Under the pieces are notes generated by a model that made no database searches, was not told the DNA's origin, and saw nothing but the letters and a program-made list of their open reading frames with translations. The position numbers were made by a program, and so were the translations under genes. A DNA stretch of 62,200 nucleotides, the filler included. It is 9 parts of 9 records of this genome, joined end to end, with 100 filler letters (N's around TTAATTAATTAA, not from the genome) between each part and the next. Parts side by side here need not be neighbours in the genome. Positions count along the whole stretch, not along the records: positions 51,398 to 57,813 come from SRR7504441_3120; positions 57,914 to 62,200 come from SRR7504441_3132; 7 more parts are not named here. One strand, given 5' to 3'. Below, piece by piece: positions 54,512 to 62,200 of this stretch (position 1 is its first letter; each line of letters starts with the position of its first letter).

Positions 54512-56618
54512 TTACAAGAAGTGATCCTCACTCTCATCACAAGTGTTTGCTCGAGTCACTGCTTCAGGGTCACTTTGATCCTCCAATCCGCAGATTTTTG
54601 TAATGATATATGGCGTAACACGGAAAATCATTGGAGTCAAAAGCAGCCCGATGACAGTTGTATGGACAAGAAGCAAGTGCATCTGTGTGGATAGCATTCC
54701 TGATTCCCGGGCATTGGCAGCCAAGATAAAAGAGAACTCTCCAATCTGAGATAGACCAAACCCAATTGAGAAGGCTGTAGTCCACTGGTATCGGAAAGAT
54801 CTAACTACAATTGCCATAAGCAAGGTCTTCAGAAGTAAAACTCCGACTACAAGGGCAATGATGAGACTTGAGTTACTCAAAATAAAATGGACGTCCACCC
54901 GCACTCCTATAATTGTAAAGAACAGCGCCGCAAAAATATCTCTCACTGGCTCCAGCTTGTCGAGAACTTTGTGGGAATGTTTTGAATTGGAGGATAGCAC
55001 AAAGCCAGCTATAAAAGCGCCTACCTCGGTCGAGAACCCCATGTATTCAGTTGATGCTGAAGCACACAGACATACTGCAATCGCAGCTAGAGTAAAGACT
55101 TCGTCGGACTGCAGCCGAAGGAGGAAATCAACGAAGCGCGCTGCACAGAGCCTACCCACGAGCATCATGACACCACCCGTAATAAAGAGAGAGGCCAGTG
55201 TGTAGATAGTAGCTGCAGCTGCCTGCACATTATTATCTACAGCTGGCTTTGCTACAGCTGGCTTTGCTGTCTGTTCGTTGGGCAAAACAGCAAGCATGAT
55301 ACCCAGGGCCATGTCCTGGAAGATGAGAATGCCAACCATCGCATTGCCGGCCAGACTTTTGAGTTTGTTGGTGCTCTTGAGACTTTTGAGCACTACAGCC
55401 TGCACGGTCACAACTAGTTTCAGTCAATGCACAATAGAGGTAAAATGACCGTCGAGCTCATGGAGATGAAGCACCCGACAAATAGAGCTTGATCACCGCT
55501 GATTTCGAGCTGAGATGCTGCAAACAGCACTACCTGCACGAGCACATCGCTTTCAGTTGCATACAAGCGAGGCCACGCACCAAAATTGTCATCATCATCG
55601 CTGCCGCTCCGCCCATGATGCTCACTCGCCACACGGCCTTGATCTCCTCGAAACTCATCTCCAGTCCGAGCGCAAACAGCAAGAACGTCACGCCCAGCTG
55701 CGCCAACGTCTGCATCTGCACAAAACTCTCCACGAAGGCAAACATGGAAGGACCGATCAGTGAGCCGACAATGATGTAGCCCAGCAAGGTCGGGAGCCCC
55801 ACAGCTTGCGCGGCCAGGCCGGCAACGCCAGCCGAGATCAGAATGACAACCAGATTATGCATCAAAATGCTGTCTGTTGTTTCGGCTGCGTCTGATCCGG
55901 CCTTGACTAACACGTACTCATTATGCGCACTGTCAATCAACTTCGCAGCTGGTTCGGTCGACGACAAGGTGCTGTTCACGTCGGTCTGAAGCTTGGCGGG
56001 CACCTTGACCACAGTGGCTATCTCTCCGTGTGTCTCCACGAGCGTCTGGTTCAGAGAGTTGGGCTGGTTCTGCTTCTTCTTGCTCACTTGGTGGACCAGT
56101 GCCCCGAGCTTGTTTATTCCCTCCGTGTTGTCCTCGTCGTCCGCCGATGCTCGAGGCACAACCACCTCCTCCGTATCGTTGAGCACATTGGCCTTGACCA
56201 GCTCGTTTGTCTCTATCGCCAGCTCGCGCTTCTCCTCCTCCACAGCGGTCTGCCCCTCTCGCAGCTTCTCCTCGGCCTGGATCAGCTGGCTCTGGAGCCG
56301 GTTCCGCTCCTTTGCCGCTGCCAGGCTCTCCTGCTTCTTCGACTCCAGCTGGAGCTCCTTCTCCTTGTGCACCGCCAGCTGCTTCTGCTTCTTCTCATCC
56401 TCGGCCTCCTTCTCCCTCTCGTGCTCCACCTCCTCCAGCGCCCGGGTCTTCTCCTCCAGCTCCGCCTTCAGCCGGGCCAGCTGCGCGTCCGCACCCCCGC
56501 CCTCGGAGTCATCGTCGCCCTCCGAGACATCCCCAACCGCTCCCGGTAGCGACCAGGCCAGGGCCAGCGTGAGCACCAGCACCGCACACGCCCCGCGGCG
56601 GCTCGAGCGGCCCAGCAT
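54512..56618 (-). CDS. CPA2-family K+/H+ antiporter (KEA4-6/TMCO3-like)
   Basis: Signal peptide and coiled coil; GYIIVGSLIGP, LFALGLE, SMSST, ILIFQD, GAFIAG, LSQIGEFSF; two introns. Confidence 0.9.
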
Positions 56619-56795
56619 GCCGGTCGTGGGGCTGTGCACCGACTGCCGGCAAGAGCAAGACGCCGAGGCGGTGGACTGAAGGCCGGTGTGCTCACCGCTA
56701 GACTCACTAGGACCTCGCAGCCGGTCGCGAGTAGTGGCAGCAGGTGAGATCGGTCCCGTCCTGAAGTGTGACGGAGGTCGGGAGCCGTTGAAGAA

Positions 56796-57813
56796 ATGGT
56801 CAGCAGGCTTGTGAGGGTGGTGCTGACTAGCTGCCTTGTTGCGCAGGCGGGTTACCCTCTGGGAGCCGGGTGCTACAGTTCAGCGACCATGGGGAACGTG
56901 GTGTCGCCGCGGGCAGTGGAGGAGACCGCGGCCGAGTGGTGGGCGGTGGTGAATGCCGAGGACCGCAAGCGGCACGACTGGATATTGTCCCGCGAGCGCG
57001 AGGCCACCGAGCGGCTCGAGCGGCAGATCCTGCGCCAGAACAAAAAGGTGCCCGGGCCCTGCCCTTGCCGCTGACGACGGCCAGATGCTGCCGGGCGATT
57101 ATGCGATCTCGAGGCTGGGTGAGACCGCGCACAGGAAGGGGATCGTGGCAGACTGCATGCAGTCCGAGGCCCTGGAGCAGCACACCGAGCTGCGGGCCGA
57201 GCTGCGCCGGACGCCGGGCGAGCGGATGCTCAATTGGAACCACTTCGGCCGGCAGGACAGGCAGGACTGGATTGAGCACCACCAGCGGCGGACGCACCAC
57301 CGGCATGGGATGAACGTCGGGCTCACGCACAACCAGCTCGACCCTCAGGCTTCGGCGGCTTGCGAGGCGGGCAAGTACGTCTGCCCGGTTGGTATTCGGC
57401 TGATCTAGCCGGTGGGCAGGAGCATTGAAGCGTACGAGTCGGCCGTGCAGGCGCGGATTGAAACGTCAAGCATGCAGCATGCCTTGGACACGTTCTGCAA
57501 TCGGAACTGTGTAGGGCAGCGCCCAGCCGAAGGTGCGTCCGCGCGTGTTTTACCAACCCGCCCGCCTTTGCTTCGATTCAGCCGTTTAAGCGGTTGTGTG
57601 TTTGTGCAGGTTTCTACAAGCACATTCGCAAGCCTTATGTGGACTAGACTTAAGTGCCTAGATACTTTATTAATGGTTATCGTAATGGACGCATCTATAA
57701 TTTTACATCTCGTTGGATACAAAGCGCTCGTGCTCGAGCCCGAGGTCAAACTCTCGTTCAGCACAGCACGAGTAGTAATGATATGGAGGGCCGGGCACGC
57801 CCTCCTGAGAGTG
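56796..57813 (+). CDS. Hypothetical multi-exon protein, probably 3'-truncated
   Basis: ATG-only first exon, intron 56799-56846, further GT-AG introns joining frames. Confidence 0.55.
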
Positions 57814-57913
57814 NNNNNNNNNNNNNNNNNNNNNNNNNNNNNNNNNNNNNNNNNNNNTTAATTAATTAANNNNNNNNNNNNNNNNNNNNNNNNNNNNNNN
57901 NNNNNNNNNNNNN
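57814..57913. other. Artificial contig linker
   Basis: N44-TTAATTAATTAA-N44. Confidence 0.98.
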
Positions 57914-58990
57914 AACGAGATGGTGACGGCGCCGTCGTCGCCGCACGAGGCCACCATCTCGCCGCACGGCGAGAAGCAGCAGCAGTTGACTGGGAGCTGG
58001 CTGTGCGGCACCAGCGTGAGTATGGTGTGCCCTGCCACCATTCGACACCCCATACAGAGCGCAAGGTCTCTCACCGTCAGGTAGCACCCAGAGCCGGACT
58101 GAGCCGTCCAGCGAGGCGGTGGCGAGCATGGCCCCGTGCGGCGAGAACGTACAGCTGGATATGGCACCGGCGTGCGCCGCAGGCACTTCCAGCGAGCAGC
58201 TGCCGCCGCGCTCAGCCCGGGCGCTGCAGCCACCCACCTCCGACTCGCGAGCTGCCACAGCTGCATCGACCCAGAGCCTGTGCCCGCCGCCACGCACTGG
58301 CCGTCCGACCCGAACGCGCAGGCGGTGACCCCGTCGGCGGCTAGGTTGGCCTGGACAGCCATCGAGCCTGTCGACCATATTTCTATTCCTGCCACGCTAC
58401 AGCCGGGCTCGCGGCCCGGCCCGAGCCACTCGGCACCTGGAGACCGCCAGCTGGCCGCCGTCGGGCGCCACCGCGCAGTCGGTCAGCGCGGCCCTGCTAA
58501 CTCGCTCGAGCAGCAGCCTTCTGTCCTTTGGACCGGCAGCCGGCGCCGGTGCCGCCGGTGGTGGCACCGGTGCAGCCGGCGGCAGCGGCGGCGGTGGCGC
58601 GGTGACAGCTGCAGCCGGCGGCGCTGGTTCGACCGCTGGCTCGACTGGGGGGGTCTGTTTCTTCTTGCGCTTTGGCTTGGACTTGGGCTTCTGGTTTGGT
58701 TTGCTATGCGCAGCCTGCTGCTCCTCCATCTCGATCTCGGCCAGCAGCGCCGCCGCCGCCTGGTCCGCCCGGGCGTTCGCCGCCTGCCGCTCCCGCTCCT
58801 GGGCCGCCTTCTGCTTCGGAGTGAGCTCCTTCTTGGGCTCCTTCTTAGGGGCCCGTCGCTGCGGCTGGGCCTGCTGCCCGTCCTCCTTGGGGTATCCGAG
58901 CTTCTCGCGCCAGCCCGGGGTGAACCCGACGATCACGGTCCCCTCCTGGGCCACCCGGTTCCGCCACTGTGCCAGCGTCTCCATCGGCAT
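57914..58990 (-). CDS. WD40-repeat protein with Lys/Pro-rich N-terminus, 3'-truncated
   Basis: CTFSPHGAMLATASLDGSVRLW and CCFSPCGEMVASCGDDG; three introns. Confidence 0.85.
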
Positions 58991-59079
58991 CGCGTCTGCC
59001 GGAGCGCCTCGTCACACGCCTCGGACGAAGGTTGGCACCCGACCGTTACGCGAAGTGGCACAGCCAGCAGCAGAGGGAC

Positions 59080-60030
59080 ATGCAGTACGGGATCCTGGAC
59101 GAACGTGAGGCCATGTCGCGGGCGTTCGCGCTGCGGTGCGGGCCAGTGCCGCCGGCGCTGCCGCCCTTCAAGCCGCTGCCTCGGGCTGGGGCGCTCCCGT
59201 ACCCGTGGACCTATCAGCCTGACCTGCGAGAGTTCGAGGCTGTGCTCAAGGAGGATAAGTACGAGGTTAAACTGGCCCGGAAGAATGGCGACCAGTACGA
59301 CGGCGAGTGGGCGCAGGGCAAGGAGCACGGCCAGGGCGTGTTTGTGTGGAATAACGGCAACAGGTACTCGGGGCAGCTGACCGCCGGGATCATGGACGGC
59401 AAGGGCACGCTGCTCAAGCCTTCCGGGGAGAGCTACAGCGGCCAGATCGCCCAGGGCAAGCGGCACGGGCACGGGGTGGACTCGGACGGCTCGGGCTGCA
59501 GCTACGACGGCCAGTGGGTCGAGGACGTCCGTTGTGGCGAGGGCACGATGAGCTTCGCCGACGGAAGTTCGTACACGGGCCAGTGGCAGCGGAACCAAGC
59601 GCACGGGCACGGGCTATTCAAGACTGCCAGCGGAGCGCAGTACGAGGGCGACTGGGTGCAGGACAAGGAGACCGGGCTCGGCTGTCAGACCAGGCCGGAC
59701 GGGGCGAAGCTTTCCGGCTCGTGGAAGCACGGAGCCCGGAGCGGCCCCGGGGTGGTGAGTTTAACGGACGGTGTGCAGTACCACAGTTCATGGCACGGGG
59801 ACAAGGAGCAGGCGGTCGGGGTGTACACCTCGCCCCAGTGGCAGGAAAGCCTGCAGGTTGTGGATGTGATGCTGGCCAGGACGAGGGCGGCCGAGCACCC
59901 GCACAGGCTGCAGGCTCTCGAAGACATCCGAGGGCATAGCTTTGTCGGGCAGCAGCTGACCCATCCCAAGTGGCAGCAAGCGGCGCCAGGCTGGAAGATG
60001 AGCAACGGACCAACCTTTCCACTTGTTTGA
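59080..60030 (+). CDS. MORN-repeat protein
   Basis: Repeated Y.G.W..G..HG.G units. Confidence 0.92.
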   Translation: MQYGILDEREAMSRAFALRCGPVPPALPPFKPLPRAGALPYPWTYQPDLREFEAVLKEDKYEVKLARKNGDQYDGEWAQGKEHGQGVFVWNNGNRYSGQLTAGIMDGKGTLLKPSGESYSGQIAQGKRHGHGVDSDGSGCSYDGQWVEDVRCGEGTMSFADGSSYTGQWQRNQAHGHGLFKTASGAQYEGDWVQDKETGLGCQTRPDGAKLSGSWKHGARSGPGVVSLTDGVQYHSSWHGDKEQAVGVYTSPQWQESLQVVDVMLARTRAAEHPHRLQALEDIRGHSFVGQQLTHPKWQQAAPGWKMSNGPTFPLV

Positions 60031-60169
60031 GCCGACGTTGTTGAACTGTTCGGAGAATTAATTAGAATTTTAGATTGAATTGGGCGGGAGCCGCGGCAGG
60101 ATGATTACATTGAAATGTTTAAATTAAGGACTGGTTTGTATTAAATGTTAACTGTTCGGTCCCGGAGTT

Positions 60170-61874
60170 TTAATCCCCCTTATCGTGGTCGTGCTGCTCG
60201 CCTATTAAATGGATCACAGTAGAGCCTGGCACTTCACCCCCCAAGATCTTTTGCTCTACCTACCGCACCAGTTAGCCACCAAACCATCGGGGGGCACATA
60301 CGTGCTTTCTCATGGGACATGACTTTATGCTGCATCGGTAGTAGCTCTTGCATACCTTGCCGTGCTTTGTTGTACAGATCTTCTCTCCATACTTACGCCA
60401 ACGATACCTGCCATCCAAACCGTCATCACACGCAGCAGCCTAGAGCCACCCTCGATCAGATTTAGCATCCGATTTAGTAGCCTCCTCTTCCGTTAACCCC
60501 GACTTCCGCCTCTTAGCTGTGCTCGGCTCGGGCTGCTGGCCGTGCCGTAGAGGAATTGGCTGCACAATCCCCTTGGGCTCGCTCTCGCTCTTGCCTCGCT
60601 TGGCGCCGGTCAGCCCAGTACTAGGAGCACTCTGGTTCTTGAACGCGCTGAAAGCGCCCGCTGTAGCTCCATTAGATCCCAGTAGCCGGGGCGTGAGGCT
60701 TTGCCCTGTGGGCTGCACGAACGATGGCCCCATGTCAGCTGCTGGTGCGTTCAGCCCGTTGTTTATGGGGGGCCGCGGGTGGGCGTACAGTGGGGCAGGC
60801 TCCCTGGCGCTTGGGCCGATGTGTTGCGGCAGGCTTAATGTATTGTTTAACAGATGATGACGATGCATGCCAGCTGCCTGGTGCGTCGCCGGTGGCATCC
60901 CGGCTGCCTGGTGCATCGCCGGTGGCATCCCGGCTGCCTGATGCGCCCCCGGTGTCGGCCAGCCTAGATGAGACGGGTCCTGCAACCCCGACACTCACGT
61001 ATATACTCAGCCCAGCCCGGACCGGCTTTGGCTGCGGCGCGGGCATCCCCGACCAGCCTCCGTGCTGGATGCTACTCAGTCTCTGGTGGTACGCCGCGGC
61101 CTGCTCCCTAGCAAAGGCCTCCCGTACCCCAAACTGGCGGGCGGGCCAGGTCTGGGCCAGCTGGGGGTCGTTGTGATGATATGCGTACCCTGGACCAGCA
61201 GATGGAGCCGGCCACGACCCTTGGACCCCGGCGAGGCCCATCACGGAAGCGGATTGGACTGGGGTCTGTGCCAGCACACTCTCTCAGATTTAGCCGGCTG
61301 GGGGGGCGACCTGGGCGGCGGCAAGCATCTGCTGGCTGTGCGTGGCCAAGTGCGGCGAGAGGAGCACCGCGTGCATTTGCTTGGGGCTCAGCCGGAGCAT
61401 CTGGCCGGTGGCACCGCACGCTATCATTAAGTCGTTATACACTCCATGCTGCCCCACCCGCTCAACCGCCCCGGCTTATGCCCGGTCGCCTCTTCGAGAA
61501 ACCGCCGGGCCTGCTCCTCGGTCGTCTCGAACAGGCCGATCTCGGGCCGGACGGGGTCAGGCGCCCGCCGATTGGGCAGGAGCGCGGGGGTCAACGGCTC
61601 GGGCCGCAGCGCGGGGACAGCTGACCACCCGCCGCTTGGGGGGGCGTTAATAGAGAGGCGGCGCACCGTTGTTGATGCGGTTGCCGTCTGACCCGGCAGC
61701 GGCGGCATCCGAGAGCATCTCTAACCCGCTGGGGTGATCATGCCCGACATAGGACGGCCCGCTCTGAACATGCTGACCGGGCCTGCCAGCGGGCGGGTCC
61801 GGGCAACGCTGAGAGCTGGAGCCGTTGGGCTGGGGCGGCAGGTCAATCCCAGAGCGTGGGTGGTTCGCTTCCAT
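60170..61874 (-). CDS. WRKY-domain transcription factor (single C-terminal domain)
   Basis: Introns 60408-60449 and 60260-60301 give DRGYRWRKYGEK...SYYRCSIKSCPMRKH|VEQ...GEQHDH; upstream P/Q/A-rich exons including GC-AG intron 61449-61489. The domain is absent from the ORF track. Confidence 0.9.
60865..60943 (-). repeat. 30-nt coding tandem repeat (HQAAGMPPAx), about 3 copies
   Basis: Read directly. Confidence 0.85.
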
Positions 61875-62200
61875 CAGGCGGCATCAAGTAAGCATTACGG
61901 CGGCAGACCCCAGGTAAGGCCTGGTTCGAGATTGGGTCAACAGGCCCTATTCAGCAAGGGACTTTTCCACAAGCTTTTGCATATATTTCGCCGTCATGTT
62001 CGCCGTTGTGGTTTCTGGATTACTGGTACAGAATTACCATTTCGAGCCTCGATTTGAGGGGACTTCGATTGCCACATAGAAATATGCTGAAGCGCAGAAG
62101 TGAAGAAGGTACAGGTACTTGTAAACGGGATAAAAGTACGCGTAGAATGTAAAATGTAAAATAGAAGAAATTGGAAAAGAGCATTCAGGTGAGCTTGCGC

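Noticed and set aside
14549-57913. Recurrent TTAATTAATTAA palindrome flanked by N runs
   Set aside because: Eight identical 100-nt spacers with six-frame stops are concatenation linkers, so genes on different contigs cannot be treated as a cluster (for example the PKS with GT49)
58991-59079. Possible second rearrangement junction between the WD40 and MORN genes (intron-like GT..AG on the minus strand)
   Set aside because: Better explained as an ordinary 89-bp bidirectional promoter with the CCGTTA motif; both genes have plausible ATGs
61905-61925. CTTACCTGG on the minus strand resembling the U1 snRNA 5' end
   Set aside because: No U1 stem-loop I/II loop sequences or Sm site downstream
1-62200. 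CRISPR arrays, tRNA/rRNA genes, transposases, introner-like repeated introns
   Set aside because: None seen; tandem repeats lack spacers, and introns share length but not sequence

Overview
Nine unrelated contigs of a gene-dense, GC-rich eukaryotic (protist-like) genome, joined by eight artificial 100-nt linkers (N44-TTAATTAATTAA-N44). The lineage cannot be assigned from sequence alone. Genes mostly alternate in head-to-head pairs with about 50-180 bp between starts and carry tiny (about 37-55 nt) spliceosomal introns, several with GC donors, so the ORF track fragments many genes. Highlights: (1) a >=12 kb AT-less modular type I PKS, open at both ends, with an embedded dead-thioesterase/flavin-monooxygenase didomain and a duplicated atypical KS-ACP unit; (2) an apparent ~540-bp inversion that swaps the 5' exons of a GH18 gene and an ankyrin gene around their shared promoter; (3) a WRKY transcription factor with the plant-type 'VQR' intron; (4) unusual fusions: 7TM-PIP5K, LRR-GT49, Ubl-ferritin-like and FEN1-RanBP2 zinc fingers; (5) probable pseudoenzymes (UBA5-like, PhyH-like). 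Family calls rest on motifs recognised by eye, and splice models are inferred from reading-frame restoration. No database searches were run. I found no rRNA, tRNA, CRISPR array or recognisable transposon.
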